64,000 nucleotides of DNA, taken from NCBI GenBank assembly GCA_030390025.1, contig CM059431.1:137394001-137458000 (forward strand), given 5' to 3'. Every line of letters starts with the position of its first letter. Within the stretch, counting starts at the first letter, position 1. Source of the DNA: Squalus acanthias. Taxonomy: Eukaryota. Below are positions 25,452-39,328 of this stretch, piece by piece. A model generated the notes under the pieces. That model did no database searches. It was not told the origin of the DNA and was given only the letters and a program-made list of their open reading frames with translations. Position numbers and translations under genes: made by a program.

Positions 25452-27354
25452 GTTCCAAATTAGGACTGGTCACTCGACCCTTAGTGAATAAGAAGATGGT
25501 TCCACAGACATTAGAATGCCAACATTTCACTTAATAGTAACTAAACAGTACTCTTTATAGGATTATAATCTGACAATGGAAATTTGTAACATGTTAGCCA
25601 ACCTGGCAGCGAATCTTTAACTATTTTCTACGAATTCAATTCATTTCGGTTGAACCCATCAATTTGCCACGTTCGTGTCATGTTCATAAGGTTCTTTTCT
25701 TTGAATCTTGAGAAGTGCTTCGTTTTCACGAATCACATGTTGGAGATTTTAATAATTCGGTTATAAAAATCTAACAAGCTAAACCTCTGAAGGAAATTTT
25801 CTACCCAATGTTGAAATTTAATCGGGGCAATGGATTTGGGCCAAATCAATGGCCATATTTTTCCTGCGGTGATGAAGTGCTTTGTTCTGTCTGATATTCG
25901 TTCTGAAATCGCAAGCATCTGTTTTTAATTCTGAATGTCGCTATAATTACAAACCGAAATAACTTTTCCATGCACACCTAGGCAATTCTTTCAATACAGC
26001 CTAGCGAAAATCTTCCCATTTAAGTTTCATCCCGTTCTCTATATTTATAACAATAAAGCACTCAATAAATATGTTATTAATGAGGAGGTTACACTAATCA
26101 TTGAACTAAAAAAAGAAAAGTAATTGCATCAATGTAAAAATGAGTGTCTTATTTCGGCTGAAAAACGACATAGTTTTAATTCTGCATTTTGTTAAATGCA
26201 AATTGATTAATCAGTTATTAAAAATAATCCAACGGGACATGTTCCTTGTGTTTGTCGAACAGACACATATTTCGGTGCCAATATCTTCACTCTCTTCTAA
26301 TTTCAGAATGCAACATTACCTCAAGCAGGCATTGAAATTTACTTCTGTCGTTACAAAGGACATTGCTGCAATAACCAGATAGAGGAAAATAATGCATAGA
26401 AATTACAACACAAAAAACAGGCCAGTCAGCCTAACAAGGCCCTGTCTGTGTTTAACCTTGAAACGAGCAAATTACGGAAAAAAAATTGAGCGAAAATAGC
26501 AGGTTTGAAACCTGATAGTTACGTTCAGTGTATCTACATCTGATCCATACATTCAGGATCCAGCGCAGACACGATGGGCTGAATGGCCTTCTTCTGTGCT
26601 GTACTATTCTATGATTCTATAAGCGGTTGTGAAGTTTACAGCCACAGATCGGAATTTCTATCCATAATTATTAGCGCAAGAAATTCTTATCAGTTCACAT
26701 GGGATTTTTCCGTCTGATCCCCTGGACTGCTATTGATCGACGGAGGGGGCCGCAGAGGGGTTTTCCAGCTTATGATTTCCTTATTGGCCCTGAGTTTTTT
26801 ACTCTGGCTATTCTGCCTCTCCCAGGAGATTACATGGCTGCCGGGGTGGGAGGTGGGGACGTGCGATGATGCTCCGGCCAACGTGGTGTGGGGAATGCTT
26901 GACGCAGCAGCTGGTCTCTTCCTGCCCACACATTCCGTATGTTGGTGTGATATTGTCTGTAATGGTTGGATTGCATTTGAGGACAGGACCTCAACTGACA
27001 AATTCGGACTAAAGATATTCATCATTCCGAGCAGATACTGTAATATGTATGCAGATAAACATGTTACAATTCTGCACATTTTGGTTGCGTAAAACGGGCG
27101 ATTTTCTGCCCTCGCCAGATTTTCCCTTCAATGGATCTCAATGGAAAGGAACATCTGGCGGGCGTGAAACGGGGGCTAATTCCACATCGCCCATTTCACA
27201 CCATCGTCCAGGGTTTAAATTGTCCACATTGATCTCAACAATAGCCATGACTCTGGTAAAATGAATTACATGGACAATATGAAGTCGGCTTAACTTACCC
27301 GTGAGGATCGGTCACCGATCGGAACTCTGCGCCCACCTTCAGAGCTCGCGAAAT

Positions 27355-27449
27355 AACAACAGAAAACGCTGGAAAAACTCAGCAGGCCAGGCAGCATCCG
27401 TGGAGAGAGAAAGAGAGTTAACGTTTCAGGTCGATGACCTTTCATCACT
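27355..27449 (-). mobile_element. Penelope-like element fragment (single arm)
   Basis: Matches the left arm of 33950-34189. Confidence 0.6.
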
Positions 27450-27904
27450 CGCGAGCCTTTCTGACGGGACACTTGAGTAACACTGCGGGGTGTGTCTGAT
27501 ATAACCGGTTAGCCGGGGGTGGAGTTTGGCCCTGTTCTCTCACTAGCTTCTCAAAAGAGCAGTCCAACCATTTTATCTTTTCTGCAGCTGTTTTCGTCAG
27601 TTCAGTTCCGAGGAGAACAGCTGATATTTGTAGGATAGAATGCGGAAATGCTGACCTGCAACGTGAGTCTAGATATTACACTTGGTCCTATAAGTGGAGA
27701 GACGTTTCCTGTGTCCGTACTGATGGTTATTTTATCGGAAGGTTCAACGTTTGAAGTGAAGGAATAGGCGCTAAAGTTGGACAGTAGCTTTTCAAGAATC
27801 ACTGATTAGTCAATTATCCCAAAAGAATCTCCAAGCGATAATTTCTTATCTTGTTCATTGTCTCCTGAAACCTAGTAACAAATTACCATATTAATCGGTT
27901 CAAT

Positions 27905-28290
27905 TGTTTTTATTCATTCCAGGCATGTGGGCGGCGCTGGCAAGGTCGGCATTTAATGCCCATCCCTAGTTGTCCTGGATACAGCTGACAGGCTCGCTAG
28001 TCCACTTCAGAGGGGCCGTTAGGACTCAGCCACCTTGGTTTGGGACTGGGGTCACACAGAGGCCCAGACATGGTAAGAAATGTAGATTTCCTTCTCTAAA
28101 GGACATCAGTGAACCAGTTGCGTTTTAAGACAACCCGACAGCTTCATGATTGGTTTTACTGATGCCAGCCTTTTATTTCCAGAACTTTTCAGAAACCGAA
28201 TTCAAATACTCAAGCTGGCATGGTGGGATTTTAACTCACGTTCTCTGGATTATTACTCGAGGACACCAAGTCAGTATTCCAGTAGAATAA
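27905..28290 (-). mobile_element. Short interspersed repeat sharing its 3' end with the 12133-type LINE (second copy about 42145-42610)
   Basis: Two similar copies in the window; the terminal motif matches about 13800-13860. Confidence 0.55.
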
Positions 28291-28744
28291 GCATGACATT
28301 ACCATACCCGATAAAATTGGTTGAATTGTGATATTATTCTTCAAACACCAGAACTCGTGGCCCGTGTTGACTGATCTTATGATATTGCGAGATTCTGAGT
28401 TATGAATTATGTGTATATAAATCCCAAACACATTCTCTGTACACGGGTTAACGAATCGGCGAGACATAGGGAGCAGGGGAACTTTTGGAGATTGCATATA
28501 ACTGGTTATGTGTCCTTCCTACTATTGATCTAGAACAGAACGGTGATGACTGCGGTCTGTTCCTACTCGGACCGCGGGCTAACAGTGCAATTATCATTGT
28601 CGGTGTCAATGCAGAATGGAAATTTGCACAGATTTACACAAACATTTGACAGAAATGTAGTTGGGGACGATTAATGTATTTACCTTTCGGGCCTGGATGG
28701 AAGAAGGAAATCAGGGCGTTGAATTCCCTTCTCTCCCTCTTTAG

Positions 28745-29690
28745 TGTCAGCCGCGGCTCAGCTGGTCACTCCCTCGCCTCTGAATCAGAAGGTTATCGGT
28801 TAAAATCCCAATCCAGAGACTTGGGCAGAAAAATCTTGGCTGACACTCCAGTGGGGTGCTGCACTGTCGGAGGTGCCTTCCTTCAGATGATACTCAGGCT
28901 ACATAGGATATATGGCACAGAAACAGGCCATTCGGCCCAACCAGTCCAAGCCGGCATTTATACTCTGCTCGAAACTCCTCCCGTCTTTCATCAACTAAAT
29001 CTATCAGCACATCCCTCTATTCCCTTCTCCCTCATATGATTGCCTAGCCTTCCCTTAAAAGCATCTATACTATTGGCTTCAACTACTCCCTGTGGTAGAG
29101 AGTTCAATATTCTCACCACTCTCTGGGGAAACAAGTTACTTCTGAATTCACTAATTGATTTCTTTGTGACTATCTTATACTCTTGGCCTCAGTTATGCTC
29201 TTCCCCACAAGTGGAAACAATATTAAGTGGATACGTTAGCCCGAGGCCCCTTCAGCCCTCTCAAATGACGTAAAATATGCCTAAGCGCTATTTGGAAGAA
29301 GAGCAGGGGATAGGGTGGGATATGCAGGCTCGATGGGGATTCTGTGTGAGGGGGCAGGGACAGGGTACTGGATTTGGATGATCAGCCATGATCGTATTGA
29401 ATGGTGGAGCAGGCTCGACGGGCCGAATGGCCTACTCCTGCTCCTAGTTTCTATGTTTCTATATCCCCGTGTCCTGGCCAATATTTATCCCTCAATCAAC
29501 ATCACTGAAAATAGATTATCTGGTCATTATCACATTGCTGTTTATGGGAGCTTGCTGTGCGCATATTGGCTGCCGCCGTTCCTAAATTACAATGGCAACT
29601 ACACTTGAAAAAAAACATTTATTGGATGTAACGCGCTTTGGGTCGTCCGGTGGTGGTGAACGGTGCTATATAATACAAGTCTTTCTTTTT
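28745..29690 (+). mobile_element. Deu-domain SINE interrupted by two CR1 3' fragments
   Basis: tRNA-like head, split Deu core, and the same tail as the 17780 copy. Confidence 0.7.
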
Positions 29691-29899
29691 GTTTCCTTTT
29701 TTTCTGCCCGGGCTGTTGTTGGAAGTTGGTTTCTAACAGCCTGAGTTCAGATGGTCGATTATCTCAGTGTATTTCAGAGAAATGGGCTGTTCAGAAAGCT
29801 GCCGCTGCATTTCACTTCGGCAGTTCAAGCAGGTCAAGTGGAGAATATCACAGTGGGGGAGCATCTCTGAAATATTCATCATAGTACCATAATGTTTAG

Positions 29900-32800
29900 A
29901 TTAGCTATTGAGAAGGACACTGAGCAATACAGAATAAAAAAAACTTAACTGGAGGAGGGCTATTTTCAGCGAATTGAGGAGCTATCTGTCCCGGGTAAAC
30001 TGTGGTCAAAGACTGGCAGCAGAAATGTAATGGAGCAATGGGCGGACTTTAAAGAGGAGATGGTTCGGCCGCAGTTTAGGTACATTCCCACAAGGGAGAA
30101 AGGGAGGACAGCCAACGCTGGAGGACGAAGGGGTTAGAGTAGGATGAAGCATAAAACCGGGCGTATGCCAGATATCAGCTTGATAATACAAGCGAGAATC
30201 AGGCTGAATATAAAAAAGAAAAATGGACAAGTTAAAAAGGAAGTAATAGAGGAAAAGTGAAGTACGAGAAAAGATTAGCGGCTAACATAAAAGGGAATCC
30301 GAAGGGCTTCTATCGGCATACTAACAAAAAAGTTATGTCATATAGTGGGGTCAATTGGGCAAAAATGTTGATTTATTGGTAGAGGCAGAAGGCATTGCTG
30401 AGGCACTAAATGAGTACTATGCATCAGTGTTTATCAAGAGGAGGACTTTGCCAAAGTTTCGGTAAACACGAAGGTTGTCGGGATACTGGATGAACTAACA
30501 TAAATAAAGAGGATGTACTCGAAAGGCTGGCTGTAGTTAAAGTGGATATGTCAGCCGGTCTGGATGGGATCCATCCTAGGTTGCTGAGGGAAGTAAGGTA
30601 GAAATTGCCGCGTTGTTGGCCACAATTTTCCAATCCGCATTAGATACATAGAATCACACAATCATAAAAAATTACGGCACAGAAGGAGGCCATTTAGCTC
30701 CTCATTTCTCTGGGGCCAAAAAAGAGCTATCCAGCCTAATCCGACTTTCCAGCTCTTGGTCCCTAGCCTTGCAGGTTACGGTACTTAAAATGCATATTCA
30801 AGTACTTTTAAAATGTAATGGGGGTTTCTGCCTCTACCATCTTTTCAGGCAGTGAGTTACAGACCCCCACTGCCCTCTGGGTGAAAAAGGTTCTCATCAA
30901 CTCCCCTATAATCCTTCCACCAATTATTTTAAACCTATGCCCCCTGGTTATTTACCTCTCTGCCGGGGAAATAGATCCTTCCTTTATGCTCGTTCTAGAA
31001 CCCTCATAATTTTATATACCTCAATTAAGTCTCCCCTCAGCCTCCTCTGTTCCAAAGACAACAACCCCAGCCTATCCAATCTTTTCTCATAGCTAAAGGT
31101 CTCCAGTCCTGGAAACATGCTCGTAAACCGCCTCTGTGTCCTCTCTAGTGCAATCATATTTTTCCTGTAATGTGCTGATCGGAACTGTACGCAGTACTCC
31201 AGCTGTGGCCTAACCAGTGTTTCATAAAGTTCAAGCATAATCTCCATGCTCTTATATTTAATGGTTCGGCTAATAAAGGAATGTATCCCGTATGCCTTCT
31301 TAACCGCATTATCTACCTGTTCTGCTACCTTCAGTGGTGTGTGGACATGCACTCCAAGGTCCCCTGTTCCTCTACGCTTCTCAGTATCCTACCATTTATT
31401 GTGTATTTCCTTGCCTTGTTAACCCTCCCCAAATGCATTACCTCACACTTCTTCGGATTGAATTCCATTTGCCACTTGTCTGCCCAGCTGACGAGCCATT
31501 GATATTTTCCTTCAGTCTACGGCGTTTTACCTTACTATTAACCACACGGCCATTTTTTGTATCATCTGAAAACTTCCTAATCATACCCCCTAAATTGAAG
31601 GATAAAATATTGATATATAACACGAAAAGCAAGGGATCTATCATTGAGCCCTGCCGAAACACACTGGAACCAGACATCCAGTCACAAAAACATCCGTCGA
31701 ACATTACCTTTTGCTTCCTACCACTGAGCCAAATTTGGATCAAACTTGCCAGATACAGGGGTGGTGCCAGAGGACAGGAGGATCGCAAATGTTGCATCCT
31801 TGTTCAAAAAAGGGAGCAGGATGGCAATTACAAAGAAGTCAGTTTAATGTCGGTGGTGGTGAATCCGGGAGATGATTAACAGCCGCTTGGACAAACATGG
31901 ACTAATAAAGGAGAGCCTGCACGGATTTGGTAAGGGCAAATCGTGTTTGACTCAACTGATTACGTTTTTTTATGAAGTAACGCAGAGTGTGGATGAGGGC
32001 AGTGCAGCTGATGTTGTATATCTGGGCTTTCAAAAGGCTGTGAGAAATAATACATATTAGTCTTGTTAGCAAAACTGAAGCACATGGGATAAAGGGCAGT
32101 GGCAGCATGGACACAAAACTGGCTGAGGGATAGAAAACAGAGAGTTGTGATGAATGGCTCTTCTTCGGAATGGAGGCAGTTATACAGTGTTGTTCTCCAG
32201 GGTTCAGTACTAGGACCACTCCTGTTTTTGATATACATTAATGACTTGGACTTGGGGTTACTGGATTCAATGTCGAAATTTGCAGCTGGCACGAAACTTG
32301 GACGTGTAGTAAACAGTGAGTAAGATAGTAATAGACTTCAAGAGGACATAGCCATGTAACAATGTTAAAGGGGGTGCAGGAACAGAGAGTCCTGAGCGCA
32401 TTTGGGCACAACTTTTTGAAGGCGGCAGATTAGGTAAAAAACGCAGTTAATAAAGCATATGGGATCCTGGGTTTTATAAATAGAGTCATAGAGTACAAAG
32501 GTCAGGAAGTTATGCTAAATCTATATAAAACACTCGTTCGGTCCCAGCGTGAACATTGTGTACAATGCTGGGCACAACACGTTAGGAAGGAGCTGAAGGC
32601 TTTGTGGAGGGTACAGAAGAGCTTTACTAGAATTGTTCCAGGAATGAGGGATTACAGTCAGGTGGGCAGACTAGAGAAGCTGGGGTTGTTCTCCTCAGAG
32701 CAGAGAAGGCTAAGCAGAGATCTGGTAGAGGTATTTAAAACCATGAAGGGTTTAGAGAGAGTAAATAAACAGCAACTGCTGCCAATGAATTATGTATCGA

Positions 32801-33090
32801 TAACCTAAGGGCACAGATTTAAGGTAATTGTCAAAAGGACCAGAGGCGGCATGAAAGAATACGTTAATGCAACACGTGGTTAGGATTTGGAATGCACTGC
32901 CTGATAGGGTGGAGGAAACGCACTGAATCGTAGCCTTCAAAAGGAATTTGACAAATACTTGAAGGAGAAAGAATTGCAGAGATATGGAAAAAGAGCGGGG
33001 AGTGGGAATAACTGGATTGTTCTTCGAAAGAGCCGGCACAGACTGGATGGACCGAATGGCACCCCTCTATGCTGCACTATTCTATGAGGC
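29900..33090 (+). mobile_element. Old decayed CR1 ORF2 fragment with a nested antisense CR1 (about 30650-31750)
   Basis: RT remnants HGFGKGKSCLTQL and QGSVLGPLLFLIYINDL on +; RPQLEYCVQF on -. Confidence 0.8.
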
Positions 33091-33117
33091 TATTCAAATT
33101 TAAACGTCCATTGAAAT

Positions 33118-33530
33118 AAAGACATTGGATTTCTATAGCTCCTTTCACGACCTCGGGACCAACGCGCGTTACAGAAAATTAAGTACTTTTGAAAAAAGGA
33201 CACTGTTGTAATGAAGGAAAGGCGGCAGCTAATTTGGGCACAACAAGGTCTCATGAACAGCAATGTGATAATGACCACGTTAACTGCTTTTTAGAGATCT
33301 TGATTGAGGGGTAAACATTGGTCCCAGGACAGCGGGGAGAAATCCTCTGCTCTGCTTCGATATAGATGGAGCCTTGGTTCAACGTCTCTTCCGAAAGACG
33401 GCAATGCCGACACTGCAGCGTTCCCTCATTACTGGCACTGGGAGAGTCAGCCTGCATTTTGTGCTGGAGAGGGAATCTAGCCCTCAATCTTCTAACTCAA
33501 CGGTGAATATGTAATCACTGCCCAAATGCT
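33118..33530 (-). mobile_element. Deu-domain SINE, decayed
   Basis: Reverse-complement similarity to 17780-18133. Confidence 0.6.
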
Positions 33531-33949
33531 GACTCTTAATTACCGAGAACGCGAAATAAACGACCTCTCCCTTTTCAGCAGCTAAAACGTGCGGCCAATG
33601 CGACTCTCGATGGGCCCAGTACGCTGTAGGTAGATAATGGCGGAGTTCAAGGGGTCAGCTGTCTGACACTGACGCAATACTGGCGTATTCGTTTCGTTAT
33701 TTATTTCTCATAACAGAATGTGACAGATATCTGCCGGCACGGGCACGATCGGCCGAATGGCCTCCATTTGTGCTGCACCATTCTCTGAATCCATTTAATT
33801 GGGGAATAATTCTGACTGTGCCCGAGTGGTGAACCTTATACAGGGATGTTTTTACCAAATAATTGTCTGATTATGAGAACGAGTAAATGTATATTTTCTT
33901 GCTCCCTGTTCTCACCTTCACTCGCTACATCCAACCACTCAATAACCCA

Positions 33950-34189
33950 GAAAAAGCTGGAAATACTCAGCAGGTCAGGCAGCATCTGTGGAGAGAGAGA
34001 GAAACAGAGTTAATGTTTCAGGTCGATGACCATTCGTCAGAACTGTTCTGACGAAGGATTATCGTCCTGAAACGTTAACTCTGTTTCTCTCTCCACTGAT
34101 GCTGCCTGACCTGCTGAGTATTTCAAGCATTTTCTGTTTTTATTTCAGATTTCCAGCATCCGCAGTATTTTACTTTTGTGTTGTTCTAA
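33950..34189. mobile_element. Palindromic Penelope-like insertion with minimal hammerhead-ribozyme motifs
   Basis: About 95-bp inverted arms; CTGACGA-stem-GAAAC on both strands; 11-bp TSD TCAATAACCCA at 33939-33949 and 34190-34200. Confidence 0.75.
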
Positions 34190-34199
34190 TCAATAACCC

Positions 34200-34380
34200 A
34201 TCTGGGTTTAGGTGGTGATCGATAATGTGATTCTAAGACGGCGGGACACGCACGTCCGCATGACATTATCTGGGTCAGGTCTGTGCTTTGCAGCAGTTTC
34301 TGCACATTGTCAATTTCAACCGAACCACAGCCAGTGGTTTCAGCAGCTGCACATCTGTGGGATGTTTGCAATTTGAGTTT
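34200..34380 (-). promoter_or_regulatory. Candidate promoter/first-exon block of MS4A-like copy A
   Basis: Inverted homologue of 38370-38552 with CAGCTG, TGTGGTT and AGATAA conserved; AAG|GTGAGA donor at 33916/33915. Confidence 0.5.
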
Positions 34381-34819
34381 AAGTTGTGTCGAGTTTATTT
34401 CCGCCAAAAAAACAGCGAAGCAGAGGGATGGTTACTACTTTTTGTTCATTTCTGTGGAGTTGAATTAGTTTTGGTCCTGTCGAGACACTGCAAGGATTTC
34501 TGTTTATTGCCGATTTTGATCTTTGTCTCATTTTGAGCCCATCTCCGAATGTGGGTCGCTGGGGTTTAATCTGAACTTTGCGCCAATCTGTAACCCGAGT
34601 ACAAAAGTCAGTTGTTGGACAAACTCTTGAAATCAAAAATTCGAGATAAAATTAGTGAGGATTCAAAAATGCACGGGTTAATTTAAGGGCTGGCTGCATG
34701 GATTTAAGAAAGTCAAGTCATGTTTGATAACTTGTACAGAATCCTTTATAAAGTAATCGATTGTACAGATGGAGGCTATTAAGTAAATACATAACATTTT
34801 TATCAGGTTTTTAATAATG

Positions 34820-35600
34820 TTTTCCACAAACGACTTGTTAGGAACATATGAAACATGGCGGACAGGAAGCGACCTATTGGTCCATCCAGCCTGTCCCATG
34901 CAGTTGTGATGCCTCGTGCTTCCCAATAAATAAACTCGTCTCCCCACCCAAAACCATGTGATCTACTGGAAGGGGCGACAAGACAGATCAAAACCCAGGA
35001 CCATGAGTGGTCAAAAATCTGCAAACTTCCTCTCCGAACTCTTTAGGTGATTAAAATCAGTCCATGAGATCACACTGGCCCGGATTAACGTTGCCAGTTA
35101 CCTTCCCGTTGTACGAGGTGACCTCCGTACCAGTCCACAGCAGATCCAGATCTGATGGAATTCAGCGACTTGGCATACACCGCACAAGGCAACAACCAGT
35201 TACACAGAAGCACTATCATTTAAGAAAGAACTACCTCCTGAAATATTAGCTAGATCTGTCAGGATGCAACTTGCGATTCTGATCCCTGGTCCCCTGCAAC
35301 CTATTTAGTTGAAGCATTTTGTCTAGAAAAAGGCAATTTAATCCCAACATCATCTTATAAACCTTAAACAATTCACCACTAAGTCTACGCTTCTCCAAAG
35401 TGTACAGACTAATCTCTTAGAGTCTATCTTATTAACTAGGATGCTTCAAACAGGGTATTAGTCTAGTGGCCTTCCTCTGCACCTATTCTATCCTTAATTT
35501 CGCCCATCCTGTGAGGAGACAAAATTGGACACCGTTTCTATCTGAGACCTGACCAAGGCCTTATACAAGAACACAATAGTTGGCTGGTTTTTATAGTTAA
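34820..35600 (-). mobile_element. Decayed CR1-type LINE 3' fragment
   Basis: Tail-like start (GGAACATATGAAACAT) and a decayed RT C-terminus on -; boundaries approximate. Confidence 0.55.
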
Positions 35601-36684
35601 TTGTCTTCTAACTACGCCCTAGAACAATCAGATCTTTTGGATAAGAGCAGATGTAGCAGCGTAGATATGACGGCGGCTGATGGACGGTCAGCTTCAACTG
35701 ATGGTAGTTGGAATGTGGAAGCTTGGAGCTGGGTTCGAAGTGTGCCACAGGAATCCAGTTTCCTGCTTTGTCTATTTGCAGGTAGCAAGAACAATCTCGA
35801 AATTTTCTTACAACACGTAAGTTAGGGATTTGTTAAACAGCGATCAGGACTGTCAGCACCTTCAGGAAAATAGGTTGGACAAATGGGGAAAGAGATGGCA
35901 GCTGGTGTTTAATATGGGTAAGTGAGATATCATAGATTCCGTCAGGAATGATCGCATATATTTAATGGAACGATACTGAATGATGTAACTGAAAAAGAGA
36001 AACCAAATGTTCTAAGACATAATACCTTCGAAGTACCCATGTAGGTAGATAAAATCATGAAAAAAGAAGAAATGCATTTTGGATGTAGGGATATAGGGAA
36101 AGAATGAGGCCATTTAATCCCTGGAACCGTATCCACAATCTCATTAAATATTGGCTGATCTGTATCTGAACTCCATCCACCCGTCTTGGATCTGTAACAC
36201 TTAATACCGTTGTTAACAAAAATCTATTAATCTCAGTTTTACATTTTGAATTGACCCCCAGTCTCATCAGCTTTTTGGGGGAGAGTGTTCCAGAATTCCA
36301 CTACCCTTTGAGTGAATAATTACTTCCTAACATCAATCCTAACGTACCCAGCTCTAATTTTAAGGCTGTGCCCAACCAGATTATATTTTTTATTTCTATC
36401 TACCCTATCAAATACTTTAAGTAGCTTAAAAACTCAATTGGATCACCCTTCTTCACCTTCTATATTCAAAGGTTTAGATTCCGAGAGTTGCGATTTCAGC
36501 ACATATGGACGCTGACTCCAAGTTTTCAGATGATGTCACGAAGGGGCAGTTATGAATGAGGAAGAGGAGAGAGCGAAGCTTAAATCTTTGGGGAATCTCC
36601 AAAATGTAGAGTTTCGCAATTATCACGATTCAACATAACATGAGAGAAGCAGATTCAATTAATCAGTTTTATTAAACGAAATGC

Positions 36685-38273
36685 TGTCCTGATAATAAAG
36701 GACACAGAAGCCTTTAAAATGGCCGCCGCGCATCGTGGCAGAAGCTTCCAGAAACACAGTGGGCAGACAAGATGGCGTCGAATATACATTCAGTATGAGA
36801 TTGGATCATACTCGGTACACATTGATAAAGACAGGATGCAACCCGTTTGCATTTTGAACAATAGCAATGATATAAGTGCTGGAATCGTTTTCCTATGCAC
36901 AGTAAGGATCATTGAACTGGGTAATCGAAGGCCCATCCAGACACATCAATACACAAATACCCCCCCGGCTCAACAATGAGAGAGACATTGGCGGGTGATT
37001 AAGCCAGTATTCGGGGGGCCCCAAAACCAGTCGAGGAGACGATTCATACACATCCTGGCTGGCTCAACAATGGGGAAGACATTAACGGATAGTTGGCCAG
37101 TTTCAGGTGCTACCGAAACCCGTTAAGAAGATAATCGCCCCATGCTGGGAGTTTTAAGCGCCAAAATCACACAAAAGATAAACATTTAGATTTGAGCGGG
37201 AGATAAAGCGGACACAACAGTATAACTATAGAGGACAAATGTCCATCGGTCTCTTGTATCTCTCTCTCCTGAGCTGTCAGCCTCTTGACTCGCTCGGGCT
37301 CTTCCTGAACTCGCTTGACTTTTGGGCTCTTGATTTTCTCTCTGGACTCTGTTGACTCTTGACTCTTAGCCGTACTGGTCGGTTATTCGAGTGTTGGGTG
37401 GAGCTCAATCGGAACGAGCCGCCTCGACCCGGGCAAGTAACAGGGCACACCATCCCGAGTTTCGGTGAACGGTGTCTGGACCCGGAGGCCCGAGAAGATG
37501 AGAAGAGAAGAAGACGAGAAGAAATTCCACAAGCTGCCACGGTCAGTAAACCCCGACCGCGCCCGAATATATAACGACAAGAACTTTCCTTTGAGTTCTA
37601 CCGACTTCTACATGTACCGTAACACAGGAAGATCCTTCTTTGAATTCTAAGACGGTTTGAGTCCATCGACTGCTTCATGACAACAGGGAGTCTGGCCTGC
37701 TTTTCGCAGCAGCGAAAGTAAACAAGTGGGGTGCAGAAACCCTTCCAAACACGTGACAGTCAGGCGCTGCAGCGAAACGAGCTGAGTGCCTCACTTCAAA
37801 ATCTCCGAAGTAAGCCGAGTGGTGAGCATGTTTTCCGATCCTACAAATCCAGACGTAGTTTAGGTATTGTTAAGGGAGGGTGGTTTTTAATAAGGTTAAG
37901 GTATAATGTGCTCCCCTTTTTACGATGTGCCGTGTGTTCTCCATTTCCATAGACCAAGCTTTATGAATGTGTGTATACTTGTACTCTCTTTGATTGGCGC
38001 CTATGACATGTATTTCATGATTTTAGATGCCATGCAATAAAGATTTTCATTTCGTGCTATTCAACCGGGTCTATTTGAGTTTTTCTCTGCATTATTGCTC
38101 CTTGCATCTAAGTCCAGGTGTCAGAACCGTAAGGGCGAGTGGGTCGAACCACTCACAGGTGCTTATTGCAAAAAGGCTGGCCGGAGACCAGAGCAAGCAA
38201 TAGTATAGGCAACGAAGGCCTAACCTCGCACCAGCACCGTTTGAGACACGCCCCCCACTTCCAAAAAGTAACA
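36685..38273 (+). mobile_element. Solo LTR (about 1.6 kb)
   Basis: TGT...ACA termini with a near 4-bp TSD (ATGC/GTGC); internal ~95-bp repeats at about 36870-37140; TATA-like motif near 37221; AATAAA at about 38036; no coding remnants. Confidence 0.65.
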
Positions 38274-38369
38274 GTGCTGGGACAGGGAGAGAAGCCATTG
38301 CTGGAGACACTGCGGCTATATTTGTATACATAAGAATGGAATCAAGCGGGTGCAGTCCCATTATGCTGG

Positions 38370-38575
38370 AATCGCAAACTCCACCAAAATGTGCAGCTGT
38401 TGAACTACTGGCTGTGGTTCGGTTGCTATTGACAATATGCAGAGCTAACTACAAAGCACAGTCCTGACCCAGATAATGTCATGTGGACGTGCGTGCCGCG
38501 CCGTCTTATACGCACATTGTAAATTACCACCTAAACCGAGATGGGTTATTGAATCGTCAGATGCATGGAGTGAAT
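38370..38575 (+). promoter_or_regulatory. Candidate promoter/first-exon block of MS4A-like copy B
   Basis: E-box, RUNX and GATA motifs conserved with 34200-34380; GTGAGA donor at 38576. Confidence 0.5.
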
Positions 38576-39272
38576 GTGAGAACAGGAAACAAGAACATGA
38601 ACATTTACTCTCTCTTGCAGTCATGCACATATTTGATAGTCAACTTTATATCCACAACTTAATATATCACATTTTATTATGAACACTAAACAAAACTCAT
38701 ATGGTGTCAGTAGCAGAGTGCTGACTCCTTTATCTCTACCTAGAGTGTACTCAGCCAGGGAGCGGTCGATTATCTGCATATTTTAGCCATTGTGAAGGGA
38801 GAAGTCGTTCACTCTGTAGAATTGAAACACAGTGGGTCAACGCTGCATATTCGGGTCATTCATATAAAAATCCGCTTCCCATTTTTAGTGTGGGTACCAA
38901 ATGCTTTCCTTGTCATGTTTAACATTACGATAAAATTACCATCGGATGACTATCATAAGGGCACGCGCAGGGAATGAAAATGGCCCTGGTCGGGAATGGA
39001 AAACAGGTGGTATTGCATGTGTCGCCTGATATATGTTGCACCCGATATTCAGTCCCATTGACTTCTCCCTTTACAATGGTTAAACTATGCAGATCATCGA
39101 CCTCTCTCTGCGCTGAGTACCCTCGAGGTAGAGATAACTGGGTCAGCACTCTGCTACTGACAGCATATTAGTTTTATTTAGTTTGCATAACAAACTGAAA
39201 ATCAGGCGTGTCGTATAGCAGTCCGGAAATGGGATTCCGCCTGATTTGTTCACCTCACGTGTTCTATTTCAG

Positions 39273-39328
39273 CCCGAAGCGTCTCTCCTCTGATAGGACG
39301 AAGTGTAATTTCCAGACTCACATTACAG
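39273..39328 (+). other. Candidate 5' UTR exon of MS4A-like copy B
   Basis: CTATTTCAG acceptor and CAG|GTCAGT donor; the donor is conserved in the paralogue at 27656. Confidence 0.4.

Noticed and set aside
28745..28815. tRNA gene
   Set aside because: It is the degenerate tRNA-derived head of a SINE, with no cloverleaf.
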